Shown piece after piece: positions 50,999 to 64,000 of a stretch of DNA of 64,000 bases; position 1 is the stretch's first letter; each line of letters begins with the position of its first letter. The translations under genes were made by a program, and so were the position numbers. The notes beneath the pieces are model-generated. The model was not told the DNA's origin. It did not search any database and saw only the letters and a list, made by a program, of their open reading frames with translations. This DNA is from Octopus vulgaris (Eukaryota): NCBI GenBank assembly GCA_951406725.2, contig OX597818.1, positions 112,034,001 to 112,098,000 on the forward strand, in the 5' to 3' direction.

Positions 50999-52049
50999 AA
51001 AAGAAAAATTAAATGATAGCATTGTGGTTGCGGGTGGGTCCCCTTGTTGTAGCGGGTGAATCCTCTTAGTCTCCTGGCAACGAATATCTTTAGACCCAGT
51101 CCGGTACTGGTGAGGAGTGTTGAGAAGAATGAGACTTGCCCATTTACAAATGCATAGTTTTACCGACATAGAGAAATTTAAGTGTATACGAATATATACA
51201 GGTATATATATTTATGCAGTTCCTAATCATTTATTCATTACAAGAAGGGAGTAAAAGCGAAAGAATTAGATTTATCTCCCCTGAACGCAATTGAAATCTC
51301 AGCGAAAACACATAGAGTCGTATCAGTGCCTGTGCACACTTTCATCAGTATACTTCGACAGAAAACGGTTTAAATACACACACGCACACACATACACACA
51401 CATACACACATACCTGTTGAAACGTAAATGCAAAATTATATACACACATAAATACACAAACACACACGTGAACACAGTAGAAACAAAGAATGAACAAGTA
51501 AACAACTGGTCTCAGTTTAGAGCATGGAGTTTATGTATGTAACGGTGTTTTCTTTGTTTCTTTCTACTCTACATGTATCCGCTCAATGCTAATCAACTTA
51601 TAGCCGTTCATTGCTAGGCAACTTCAAAACCGCTCTGGTTTAGTTGTAGTTCAAGTTAGAGTTTTAGGTGATAAGTGAACCAGAGCACTTATTGTATATA
51701 CAATTCAAAACGAAGCTCAAATCTGCCTTTTATTCTGTCGGGGTCAGTGAAGAAAGAGGCAACACAGGATTGCAACGCTCGACAAGTGGTAGAATCAGTA
51801 GAACATCAGACCTCTTTTTGTTCCGTTTTTTAAGGCCCTGAGTTCAAATTCTTCCGAGGTCATCAACAAAAAACTTTCAAGAAAGAATGTTTTAAAATAA
51901 CTTACAAAAGTAAGATTCCCATGAGAGGCAAACTTCGAATGTTCCGCCAAAAGTGGTAGAGAGAGTATTTGTGTTACAGGCGGCACAGATAACTTTAAAT
52001 ATCTAGAAACTAGTTTCGAGAAAAGTAAAAATAAAGAACTTTTTATAAC

Positions 52050-52355
52050 AATGGCCAAATGGTTAAGATGTTGCACTCATGATCGCTAGATTGTGTGTTC
52101 AATTCCCAGACCGAGCAGCGTGTCCTATTCTTGAGCAAAAACTCTTCATTTCATGCTGGTCCACTTCATTCAGTTGTAAATGGTTAACCCTAAAATGGAT
52201 TAGCTTTTCTGTCAGAGGAAATGTTGGCTTCTGGGTGTGGTAGCGGTGCTGGTGGTGGCGGGGGCATTATTCGAAAGCTAAAACGATGCAAAGCGCATTG
52301 TGACCAGCGATGTAGAACAACATCTGACAGTCTTGTCATTCATGTGATCACGTGA
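52050..52355 (+). mobile_element. tRNA-derived SINE with CORE-like domain and a distinct 3' module
   Basis: ATGGCCAAATGGTTAAG..GTGTTCAATTCCC, TTCTTGAGCAA..ATTTCA..TTCAGTTGTAAATGG. Confidence 0.6.
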
Positions 52356-53008
52356 TTATTACTGATATAAATGGCGACGCTAAAGCGTTGGTATATTGGT
52401 TATATTACTCAACCTGTCATGATTGAAAAACAGAACTACGAATTGCACAGGTCAAACCGATAATTCTTTATGAAACCGATTCCGAATACACAAAACATAA
52501 AATACAATCAACTCGGAGGAAATTCCCACTAAGTGAACATTAAAAACTTGCCGTAATAGCAAATTCACACTATTTCCTTTAAATAAATGTTCAAAGGACG
52601 ATCCTGAATACCTCAAAGAGAAGCAAACACGTTTTGTCAACAAATTTTCTACGAAACTAAACACATAACAATTATTAAAGAGACAAATAATAACGATGCT
52701 TGGCAATAAATTTATATGCATCACACTTTGAAATCATGAAAAGTCTGGAACGGATCAAAGCCCTAGATCTATAGGAGAGACTGTGTTCTGTTTCAACTTA
52801 ATCTAATTCAGTTGATTTTATTTCACTGACAGCGATTTCTTTATTAATAAACCGTTTTATCTATGTTTTCTTCTGACCGTTAACTTTTATAAATTTATCA
52901 ATATGTAACGTACACTTCCAAAGATTTTCTTTCTACCTATCAAACTAACTACTTACACACACGTACTAATAAACACATACTCAGACTCACACACACACAC
53001 ATACTCTC

Positions 53009-53054
<46 letters not shown>

Positions 53055-53728
53055 GCACACACACGCACACACACACACACACACACGCAAACACACACAC
53101 ACACTCATCTTGAGGTGTACATTTATTGATAGCAGGCTCTTGTGTTCTACGACGTAAGTTTTCGCTACTGGTCTAAAATCACAGGCAGAAAAAAGGCATA
53201 GAACAGAGATCTTAATGCCGTTAGCGGACTGTCGTGTTAAAACCCCGCTTCTGTTTGAGGTAGCATTGCAATCGTTCAAAGACAGGGAGGAATTTCTCCA
53301 TCTATTGATAAACAGCAATAATGTAGTTCGTATTAATAACAGCTTCAGAATGCCTCATCATTCATCAACATTGTGCTTTCTTTTTACACATAAAATTACA
53401 AACAGGAATCTTTTATTGTTTGCTCAGAGACAGGCGTGCCAAATATCTTGTACTTTTCATGGGTGTGTTACATATAAAGGCACACAAAGTTAATTTGATT
53501 GCTGTTACTACATTTACTCATTGTATATAAATTACATCCCGAAAAAGGCTGCAGGACACAGAAAATTTAAAGAAAAAGAATGTGTGTCGGTTCACAAACG
53601 ATTAAAAAGTGGTCTATCAATGAGAATTTCGTATATATATGCACATACATACATATGTACATACGTACGTACATAAATACATGCATACATACACATACAT
53701 ACACACATAATTAAAAAAAAAAATAATG

Positions 53729-53771
<43 letters not shown>

Positions 53772-53777
53772 TAATAG

Positions 53778-53992
53778 TATTTCTAATTTAGGCACAAGGC
53801 CTGCTACTTTAAATGGAGGGGCTTAGTTGATTACATCAACCCCAGCACTTGACTGGTACTTATTTTTGGACCTCAAAAGAATGGAAGGCAAAGTTGACCT
53901 TGGCGAAATTTCAAAATAGAAAGTGGAGAGCCAAACTAAATGCTGCCAAGCATTTTGTTCAGCAGACAAACAATTCCGTCAGTTTGCCATCT
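53778..53992 (-). mobile_element. SINE family 4 abutting a (TAA)n array
   Basis: GGCACAAGGCC..GATTACATCAACCCCAG..GAAGGCAAAGTTGACCTTGGCG. Confidence 0.75.
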
Positions 53993-54898
53993 AATAATAA
54001 CAATGAGGATGAGACAAAAGGAAAGAAAAAACAAAAGAGAAGTAGGGTAAAAAAAATAAGTGGGAGAACAATAAAAAATGAAAAAGAGACAGAATAATCT
54101 AGATAAGAATTATTTAAAAATTCCTCAACGAAAAGAGATCTATTTCATCAAAAGCATAGGCACGTAGAGCAAGAAAACAAAAAGTCAAAGAGTTAAGGTG
54201 TGGAATTATTAGAGATTCATTATAATATTACTGTTAGACTCCAAATAGAATGAATTTTGCCAACGCGTTCTAGTTTGCAAACGTTTACGCACGTATATCT
54301 GGACATAAATTCATGTCGGTTTAAATATAACATCTTGTAAGAGATGCAGATTTATTTACTTCTAAAATGTCATACAACTATGATATTATAACTTACAATA
54401 TTTATTACTTATATCATTCGAAGTTTACATTATTGTCAAATGGAATCTGAGAAAGTGTTCTTGCCGAGCAAATTGCATGAAATATGGCTAAATAATTCTG
54501 CTGGTCCGTATTTGTTTTAGATACACAGCTATCAGTATATATTTAGATATTCTCAGGCGACCATATTCTGTCAAGTCGTCAGACGAGATTCTTTCTCCTT
54601 AATGTTCGTGTTTTCATTGTTATTTATTATTTTAGTATGCTCATCTTTTAATGACTCGTAAAAGCTCAGAGGAGCTTTGCAGCTATATCTTTTACATCTC
54701 GAGGGCGCCTTAAACCGAAAACACATTTATTAGCATGAGTAGAGAAATGATGGAAATTATTGATTTTCTGCAGTCTAAATGCATTTTCCATATTATATAT
54801 ATTTTCACATAAATATGACAAACATCTTTAAAGTCTCAGCATGTGTGCTAGCGCGAATTAGATCATTGAAACATAAAGCGTCCTCCAATTATCTTTAT

Positions 54899-54918
54899 AT
54901 CATCATTATTATTATTAC

Positions 54919-54999
<81 letters not shown>

Positions 55000-55087
55000 T
55001 ATTATTATTACTATTACTACTACTACTATTATTATTATTATTATTTATTATTATTATTATTATTATTACTATTACTACTACTACTAC

Positions 55088-55132
<45 letters not shown>

Positions 55133-55175
55133 TACTACTATTATTATTATTGTTGTTGTTGTTGTTGTTGTTGTT
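54899..55175. repeat. Compound (TTA)/(CTA)/(TTG) array
   Basis: Direct reading. Confidence 0.96.
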
Positions 55176-55665
55176 ATCCTTATTATTTGCATATCAGTTT
55201 TATTTTGCAAATAACTCTCTCTTTTTCTCGCCCGCTCACTCATAAACACATTCATAATCACACACGTATCTTCGTATTAATGCGAGCACTGTCAAAAGTG
55301 ATGTGCTATTTCGACGACCAGGATTTTCACTTTGGATTTCAAACAATTTATGTTGTGAATGCGTTATTCTTATATATACATTCACGTATTATATTTGGAA
55401 AATGTCTGAATTACAATTTATAACTTTCTAGAATAGAAAATCTCTCAGCACTTGTTGTTGTGAATGGAATTATTTCCCATTTACGTTACACGTTGAAACA
55501 GAAAATATATCACGTCTGATAAGTTGCTGAACAATTACAAATCTCAGATTTCCACTGTATTTCAATATCAGCCACATATCAAGTATGGCGATTCTACTTG
55601 AGTCTGAAACGCGCTTGATATATTACAAAGAAATGCAAATTAGCATACAATGTTTCAAACCCAGA

Positions 55666-55830
55666 GGCGCAGGATTGGCTGTGTGGTAAGTAGCTTGCTA
55701 ACCAACCACATGGTTGCGGGTTCAGTCCCACTGCGTGGCATCTTGGGCAAGTGTCTTCTGCTATAGCCCCGGGCCGACCAATGCCTTGTGAGTGGATTTG
55801 GTAGATGGAAACTGAAAGAAGCCTGTCGTA

Positions 55831-55894
<64 letters not shown>

Positions 55895-56109
55895 TGTGTC
55901 TGTGTTTGTCCCCCTAGCATTGCTTGACAACCGATGCTGGTGTGTTTACGTCCCCGTCACTTAACGGTTCGGCAAAAGAGACCGATAGAATAAGTACTAG
56001 GCTTACAAAGAATAAGTCCTGGGGTCGATTTGCTCGACTAAAGGTGGTGCTCCAGCATGGCCGCAGTCAAATGACTGAAACAAGTAAAAGAGTAAAAGAG
56101 TAAAGAGAG
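55666..56109 (+). mobile_element. SINE family 1, full-length young copy (resembles CORE-SINEs such as octopus OR2; assignment tentative)
   Basis: TGGCTGTGTGG A box, GGTTCAGTCCC B box, CTTGGGCAAGT core motif, internal (TA)n(TG)n, GAGTAAAA tail. Confidence 0.95.
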
Positions 56110-57059
56110 CTATTTAAGGACACCTGCGTCAACAGTGAATGTTGCGTCTCTGACCTCATTCCAATTAAAATATTCGTGTTTTGTTACCACTCAATAACGA
56201 ACGGATTGCAGCAACATCACTAAGCAAATACAGACGCGTCTACCCCAATGAAAACGATGTAAATGTTTGTATTAACAGACGCAATAAACAGAACGTTAAC
56301 AGCAAATTAGAAATTAATATATAAGACTAGAAAAATATTTCCTTCGATTAATTTGCTTAACCTGTATACACTTATCTTTCTGATATATTTATTATTGTAA
56401 AGAAACTTAAGACCAGTTCAAATATATCTGAGAGATACTGGAATTCGTAAGAGTATTTTCATTGTAGTTTGTCAGGGAGAGAATGTCTTCTACAAGACAA
56501 AGAAATGGTTTTACATAGCGCCCTCTATCGGGCAGATGGAATATTTTTGAAGGCATTTAGTTGTTCCTCAGCACCAGATATCAAAGAAAGGAAAATCTGG
56601 CTTTGTTATAATCGAAGTTTCCATTATAAGAAATCTGTTCATTGAGTGACAGCGCAGTTTGACCACCAGTCTGGAACCAGGTTGTGACTAGATGCGCCAT
56701 CTTCTCGCTGGGAATAAACAAAGGAAGCTTCGTGCGCATGTACAAAGATGTATGTTTTCTAGCTATCCATCTGTCTATCCGCCTGTCTCTTTGATTGTCT
56801 GTCTTTCTGTCCGTCCGTCCATGTGTCTCTCTGTCTGTCGATCCGCCCGTCCACTCGCCCGTTAGTCGTTCAATCTATCCGTCTAAATGTCTGTCTACGA
56901 ATCTATTCATTCATCCATCCATCTCTCGTTCCATTCAGCCCTCCTTCTCTCCTTCCCTTTATCCATCCACGTTATCCATCAATCCAAATCCGTCCGCTGC
57001 GCGCGCGCATCTGTCTGCCTGTCAGTCTGTCCTCCTATCTATCTCTGTTTATCGTTTAT

Positions 57060-57450
57060 CTTCTGATTATTTTCATCATTAGACTGCAGCCATGCTGGAA
57101 CATCGCCTCGAAGAATTTTAGCCAAATGAATCGATCCTGATACTTATTTATTTAAAGCCTATTCTACCTATTCTATAGTTCTCTTTTATCGAACAGCTAG
57201 ATTATCACGGGATGGAGACACGCCAACACTGGTTGTCAAGAGCTGATAGGGACAAGCGCACACACGTACGTACACACGCACATACACATACAAGGTGGAC
57301 TTATTTCAGTCTCCGTCCATCAAATTCACTCACAAGACTTTTGTCGGCACTAGGATGTGGTAGGAGATACTTGCCCAAAATGTCACGCTGGTACTGGGCC
57401 CAGGACTATGTAATTGTGAAGCAAACTCCTTAGCACACAACTACCCCTAT
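57060..57450 (-). mobile_element. SINE family 1, diverged
   Basis: GACTGCAGCCATGCTGGA, TTCACTCACAAG, ACTTGCCCAAAATG. Confidence 0.78.
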
Positions 57451-58514
57451 ACACACACACACACACACACACGCACACACACACATACACACACACGCAC
57501 ACACACACACATAACCGCAACGATAAGGTGTAATCAGTGGTCACCAATGTAACAGTAATGATATTCGATGCAGTCGTGGGTCGCCAATGTTGTACAACTT
57601 GGGAAGGTGAAGTTGTACAACTTAAGACACACCGTCATCCATTCGATATTTATTTTCCAATCATTCTTGACCGAACAGATAAAAGTCACAACTATAGTAG
57701 CACCGTTCTAGAAAATTCCAATAGTCTACCTGGTAACATACAGTCTAACGATTTCTTTTTCTGGCGTTAGTTTATGATCTGAGATATTGCGGTGAGCCTC
57801 GTTGTTACTCAAATAGATGAGATGAAAGAGACAGATTCTGTGACATAAATAATTCTAAAAAATGCTTATATAATTCTATGTAGGCACATGTACAGTCACG
57901 CGCCTGTATATCTATTGTACATGAATATATTTACATTTATGTGGGTGGGTTTATGCATTGCGTAGGCTTTAAGGTATGGATGGAGTGAATGAAGCATTCA
58001 CATTCTATGATTAACATTCGAAGACAAATATACACAGAAAAGCCGTAGGGAAAGACATAGTGACTAGAACCAGCAGATTATTGGCGCGCAAGAAGTCCAG
58101 GGACACTTTTGTTCGTATGGATGAAGTAGCTATGCATGTAAGTGAGAATGAATATAAATATTCATATACCCACACACACACACTCACACACGATGTATTA
58201 TATATAGGCGAAGGTGTAAGAAGATTGCTTCCCAACCACATGGTTCCTGTCTCTCTCTTTTTTCTCGCCACCCCTTGATTCTTCCATCTACACTCTCTCT
58301 CGCTCGCTCTCTCTCTTCCCCCCTTAATCCCTTTGTTCTTCTTTTTCTCTCTATTCTCTTCTCACGTGACCGATGGCCGACTGTTAGCCCATTTGCTTTT
58401 GACCACGGTCGCTGTCACATCGATAACCTTCCTCTGACGTAAGGCTTAATTCCCTACACGCCAGCTGAATTCATTTCTTCTCCAGTTGAAAGACGCCTGT
58501 TGTTATGTCCTGTG

Positions 58515-58604
<90 letters not shown>
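58515..58604. repeat. (TTA)n array forming the 3' flank of the minus-strand family B element
   Basis: Direct reading. Confidence 0.96.
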
Positions 58605-58607
<3 letters not shown>

Positions 58608-61150
58608 TAGTTTTATTTTTATAGCGTGCTTTCATTTCACTACCGAGCGCAGCTCTGTGTACCTTAGGTATGTGCTGTGATTTGTTGTGATGCTCTGATG
58701 GTTATTGTATGGAAAGTGTTCTGCGTAGGATGTGTGCAGTGTCTAGTAGTGCAATTTTCTGTATGTTATATGTGTTTGTAAGTCCTGGTGTTTTTCTTAT
58801 GTATTTCTCTGAATATTTTTTTATCATGCCTAATGCACCTACTATGATAGGAATTGTTTCTGTTTTTAGATTCCACATTCTGGTTACCTCTATTTCCAGG
58901 TTTTTGTATTTTGAAAGTTTCTCCATTTCTTTTAGAGACACGTTGTCATCTGCCGGTATTGATACATAAATTAGAAAGCATTTTTTTTCTTCATGATCTC
59001 TGACAACTATATCTGGTCCGTTGGCCTTAATTTCTCTATCTGTGTGTATCGGCATATCCCAGAGTATGGTTGCTTTCTCGTTTTCTGTGACCTTTTCTGG
59101 TGTGTGCCTATACCATCTTTTTTCTGTTGTTATCTATAATGTTGGCATAGCTTCAAGAGTATGTAGGTTCCAACTCTGTCATGTCTGTGAATATATTACT
59201 TCTTAGCCAGGACTGGGCAGCCAGAGATAATATGATTTATTGTTTCTTGCCCATCTCCACATATTCTCCAGTTACTTGTTATATTTCTTTTCATTACCTG
59301 TTTTTGGTAATTTCTGGTGGGGAGGCTTTGGTCTTGTGCTGCAATTAAAAATCCCTCTGTCTCTGCTTTGAGTCCCGAGCTTCTCAACCATTGCTGGGAT
59401 TTTTGTTTGTCTATTTCTTTTGCGTTTAGTTTAGTCCAGTATTTAACATGAAGGGGCTTTTCTTGCCATCGTTTTATCATGGTTTGTTGCTGTTCTATTT
59501 TTAGTTTGGATTTCATTTGTTTTATAGTTTTTGTTGTTTCTTCTTCTTCTTCTTCTTCTTCTTCTTCTTCTTCTTCTTCTTCTTCTTCTTCTTCTTCTTC
59601 TTCTTCTTCTTCTTCTTCTTCTTCTTCTTCTTCTTCTTCTTCTTCTTCATATTTATTAGGTGGTATGATTTCTTGTTTGTATTTGTCAGCTTCCTTAAAT
59701 ACTGAGAACAGTTTTTTGTTTTGCTCGTGTTTTGTCGCTATCTGGATCAGTTTTCCTTCCTTCTGAAGTAGATATTTTTGCAGTCCTATGGTGGTTATTT
59801 TATAGTAGTTTTCCAGCTGTATAAGGCCTCTACCACCTTCTATACGTTGTATATATAGTCTTTCTATGTCAGATTTTGGGTGATGCATCCTAGATCCTGT
59901 CATTATTTTCTTGTTTTCCTATCTATTTTGGTCAGTTCATTTAGTGTCCAGTTAAGGATATTGTAGCTGTAACTTATAACTGGGACAGCTAAAGTGTTAA
60001 TACCTATTATCTTGTTTTTAGCATTGAGCTCTGTTTTTAGTATTGATCTAACTCATCTATAATATTCTTTTTTATTTTCTCTTTCATTTGTGTGTGTTGT
60101 GTCTTATCTAGTTCATGGATTCCCAAGTATTTGTAAGTTTGGCTTTGGTCTAATTCTTTTATTTTATTGGTCTTATTTAGTGTGATGTTGCTACTCTTAA
60201 CTAGTTTTCCTCTTTTCATGGTTACTTTGGTGCATTTTTCTAATCCAAATTTCATATCTATTTTTTTGGTAAATACATGAACTGTCTTTAATAGTGTTTC
60301 CAGCTGTTTGTCATTTGCAGCTTATAGTTTTAGGTCATCCATATATAAAAGGTGGCTGATCGTTTTGCCGTAACATTTATATCCGCATCCAGTTCTATTT
60401 AGCATATCAGATAGAGGTGACAGTGCCAAGCAGAAAAGGAGTGGAGAGAGCGTGTCTCCCTGGAATATTCCTCTTCTAATGGTGATGGCTTTGGTTTTCA
60501 TGAGTCCCTCTTTTGTTTAGAACTGTAGCACTGTTCATAGAGTGCCCTTTGAATTTTATAATCGTTGGTGCTACTTTGTTAATGGCTAGTGTTTCGAGGA
60601 TCCATGTGTGGGGTATGCTATCAAACGCCTTTTTGTAGTCGATCCAGGCCATACTGAGGCCTTTCTTCTTTCTGTGGCTGTCTTCAGTTATGGCTTTATT
60701 AATCATTAGTTGATCTTTACACCTTTATGAGCCTTTGCGGCATCCTTTCTGCTCTTCTGGAAACAGGTTGTTTTCGTCCAGGTGCTTGTTCAACCTTTGC
60801 AATATCACTGCAGTAAGTGCCTTGTACATAGTAGGGAGACAGGTTATTGGTCTGTAGTTTTCTGGTTTTGCTGTCTCATTTGATTTGGGAATTAAGATGG
60901 TTTTCCCCTTCGTGAGCCATTCAGGCATTGTCTCTGGCTCTGCTAGTATGCTGTTAAAGTTTTCAGCCAGCTTTTTGTACATTCCTGTTAGATATTTCAA
61001 CCAGAAGTTGGGGATCTTGTCATGCCCAGGTGCCTTCCAGTTGCTTAGTCTTTGCAGTGCCTGGGTGCCCTCTTCAGTCGTTATGGGGGTCCAAAGTTAC
61101 TCAGATGCTGAGTTTGTTGTTTTAATACTCCTTTTTTTTGCTGTATCCAA
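58603..61150 (-). mobile_element. R4/Dong family B, long 5' truncated pseudogenised copy (RT, CCHC, RLE)
   Basis: NWKAPGHDKIPNFW, NYRPITCL, EEQKGCR, WIDYKKAFDS, GIFQGDTLSP, LLYMDDLKL, YKYLG, GLKAETEGFLIAAQDQ, PDIVV..KLSKY; multiple frameshifts and stops. Confidence 0.94.
59539..59649. repeat. (GAA)n expansion inside the family B ORF (poly-Glu, in frame)
   Basis: ORF 59196..59903 reads through the tract. Confidence 0.95.
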
Positions 61151-61257
61151 ATTTGAGCGTAATCGGATGGAGCATGCCCGAGAACCTAGAAGACACACAC
61201 ACAGAACAGATTTTATATAATGGATCAATTAATTTTATTATTTATATATGTATAAAT

Positions 61258-61412
61258 ATGCGATGGGCTTCTTCCAGTTTCCGTCTAACAAATGCATTCA
61301 TAAGGTTTTGGTCTGCTCGAGGTTATAATCGGAGGAACTTGTCCAACTTGCCACGAACCCAGAACCATGTGATTTGGAAGCAAGCTACTTACCTCACAGC
61401 CATGCCTGCACC
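61258..61412 (-). mobile_element. SINE family 1, 5' half, diverged
   Basis: GGGCTTCTTCCAGTTTCCGTCTA..CAAGCTACTTACCTCACAGCCATGCCTGC. Confidence 0.75.
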
Positions 61413-61891
61413 TAATCAACTAAACATTTTCATACACATTTCATATTCGTACGTAGAATTAAGTTCACTCCCATAGCACTAAAATATCACTTTACACCAG
61501 TTTTGTCCATGAATGACCCCCTTAAATACCGACGATCCTTATAACCGTTACTGAGCTTAATTATAAATCTCATTTTCTTCATTTCCTTCGTAGTTTTCAT
61601 TTCATTTCTCTTAAATCAAAATTCTTCCTCGATCGTCTGTAGCGACGTAAAAACATTTTCAACCAACAATTACCTTTTCATCTAATAATTTCATTTTTAT
61701 AGAAAATTAAATTACTTAATCATCTTTCCAGTTTTAGAGAATCCATTCACTCAGACATTCCAATCTCTTTCTTTTTTTTGCTATAAATTCCATCAACTGA
61801 ACTAATAAGCCTTCCGCTTGTAAAGTTCGTACAAGGCGAAACGTGATTCGTGATCATTTAAGAGGAATTGTATTCATTTTCCTGCAGTCCA

Positions 61892-61964
<73 letters not shown>

Positions 61965-62888
61965 ATTATTGTATGTATATATATCTATATGTATGAAAGC
62001 GTGTAGAGTGAGTGAGAGACGGCATGAGAAAGAGAGTAGAAATGGAATGCGAGGAACGGAAACGGATAACTTTTAGCAAACCTATTATAAAATTCAACTT
62101 TATCATTCAATAAATTTTAGCAGTCTCTGGTGATTAGAAATATAATTATTTTAACCATACATCGTTAATAATTCTTGAAAACAGTTGCGTGTATTCTTGT
62201 ATCTCTTTTTCCAAATGTCAGAGTCCAAACAATCCTGAATTTATGGTGAAAATGACGCATTTTCAATTTATATCTTCAATAATCATGAATCATCATATCA
62301 GAATATTTTAAATATTTGAAAATATTGGTTAACAAGACGCATTTAAATTTAAAATGAACGGATACTTATGAGAAAAATATAACAAATATATTTTGACAAT
62401 TTTAATATCATCAGACGTAGACAAAGTTAACACAGAGAACGTTGGCGGTGATGACGTCATCGATTATTATGTTGATGGTGACGTCATTCGATCATTGTGT
62501 GTATGATAATGAATGTGATATTATTACAGAATAAGTTATTTAATATTTGCTTTCACTGCAACAATTGCACACTGCTGTGCCTTGGATATTTGCATTTTTT
62601 TATTCTGTTATTACATTCCTGAGATTTCTCTGTGTCATATATGTGCTGTGTTTAAAACTACCACATACTATATTTATCATTATCTCTTTTTATTATCACC
62701 CCCCCAGGTACATTGTCTGTGACGCTTTATAATATTTCTATCATCACTTTTTCTGTAGGTGTTTCATAAAGATGGCAACATTATTTTATTGTGTGTACGA
62801 AACCTCGAATACTGTCTTGTCTGATCATAATTTGTAATACGGCGTTGTCGTGCAGGTTTGAGATCATTATATTGTATATCAGCGTCTG

Positions 62889-63194
62889 TGGAGGCACATG
62901 GCCTAGTGGTTAGAGCAGCAGACTCGCGGTCGAGGGGTCGCGGGTTCGAATCTCAGACCGGGCGATGTGTGTGTTTATGAGCGAAGCACCTAAGCTCCAC
63001 GCGGCTCCGGCAGAAAGTAATGGCAAACCTCTGCTGACTCTTTCGCCACAATTTTATCTCACTCTGTCCTCCTGCATCTTGCAGCTCATCTGCGACGGAC
63101 CAGCGTCTCGTCCAGGTGGGGAACCTATACGCCAAGGAAACCGGGAAACCGGCCCCATGAGCCAGGCGTGGCTCGAGAAGGAACAAACAACAAA
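62889..63194 (+). mobile_element. SINE family 2, full length, with target-site duplication
   Basis: TGGCCTAGTGG A box, GGGTTCGAATC B box, CAA-rich tail; 13-bp TSD ATATCAGCGTCTG (62876..62888) / ATATCATCGTCTG (63195..63207). Confidence 0.92.
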
Positions 63195-63699
63195 ATATCA
63201 TCGTCTGCTTTAAATAGATTTTGCCAATAACTAACTAATAGCAATATGTGTTTTCTTATACCAAATATCCATGTTTACCTGCGTTTTTAGTGTTGGGAAA
63301 CACTTGAACTATCTTCGCTGACTTCGGGAACCCATTATGCATCCCTTTACCTTTAAAATTTTGACGAGATATTTGAATAAAAGAACAGCAACTTTCAGAT
63401 TAGACACGTTTTATAAAGCATAATGTCTCCCTGTCGAAATGGAATTAGAAGGTATTAAGCATAAGATAGAAAAGTCAGTAGGGGATAATGGAAAATCTGA
63501 AGTTAATGTAATTGAAAGAAAAAGAGAGACAGGTACACAAGCTATTGCATTGAAGAAGATAATAAGTTGGGGAAAAGCAAAAATGCAAAATTAGGAATGT
63601 GGTGGAATTACCGGAATGACAACGTGAGGCAAGGTCTTAAAGTACCCTCAGCAAAATTGAAATGAGATATCTGAAAACCCTTGAGAATATAATGGTAAA

Positions 63700-63880
63700 A
63701 ATGCGAAAGTATTTGAAAATATTTTAGGATATGTTTCAGTTAATTGTCTTCTGGAGATAAATGACCTATGTGAAGCCGCTGCAGAAGTGGTAGCAACAGA
63801 TGCTGAAGAAAACCTTAGATGAAAGTGACGTATAGAAGATACCATCAAAAGATTAAGAGGGAGTGGATTCTACTACAGTG
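63700..63880 (+). mobile_element. Possible degenerate R4/Dong N-terminal relic
   Basis: LLEINDLCEAAAEVVA...*K*RIEDTIKRLRG parallels family A ELNEIIYASARAI...WRSKIEKEIEFMRG. Confidence 0.4.
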
Positions 63881-64000
63881 GTGTATGCAAAGGAAGTTGT
63901 TAGACGCATAAAAATCCAATGATGTATTACCAGATGTAGGGTGAAGTAGAAAGTATTTGACTTATATGTCGGGCAAAAATGGTATCCCTAACGGGAAAGC

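Noticed and set aside
62889-62960. tRNA gene candidate
   Set aside because: A and B boxes present but no acceptor stem; continues into a SINE body bounded by a TSD

Overview
AT-rich, microsatellite-saturated eukaryotic non-coding DNA, almost certainly cephalopod (Octopus-like; inferred from the SINE repertoire and repeat landscape). No host protein-coding gene can be supported; nearly all ORFs in the track are microsatellite or SINE artefacts. The window is a transposon mosaic: (1) at least five lineages of R4/Dong-type non-LTR retrotransposons (RT + CCHC + restriction-like endonuclease) sitting in or next to (TAA)n arrays, including a same-strand nest at 38.4-46.4 kb with a 709-aa RT-RLE frame and one lineage that ends in (GAA)n instead; (2) Penelope-like (GIY-YIG) remnants whose terminal repeats carry minimal type I hammerhead ribozyme motifs, in one case preceded by a tRNA-like Pol III head; (3) several tRNA-derived SINE families that share and swap modules; (4) a non-autonomous Helitron, a DD37D (maT) transposase relic, a hAT-type MITE, and RTE and CR1/L2-type relics; (5) long palindromes and two apparent locally templated insertions. 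Family letters (A-F) and SINE numbers (1-4) are my own labels. All alignments were done by eye and the boundaries of degenerate copies are approximate.
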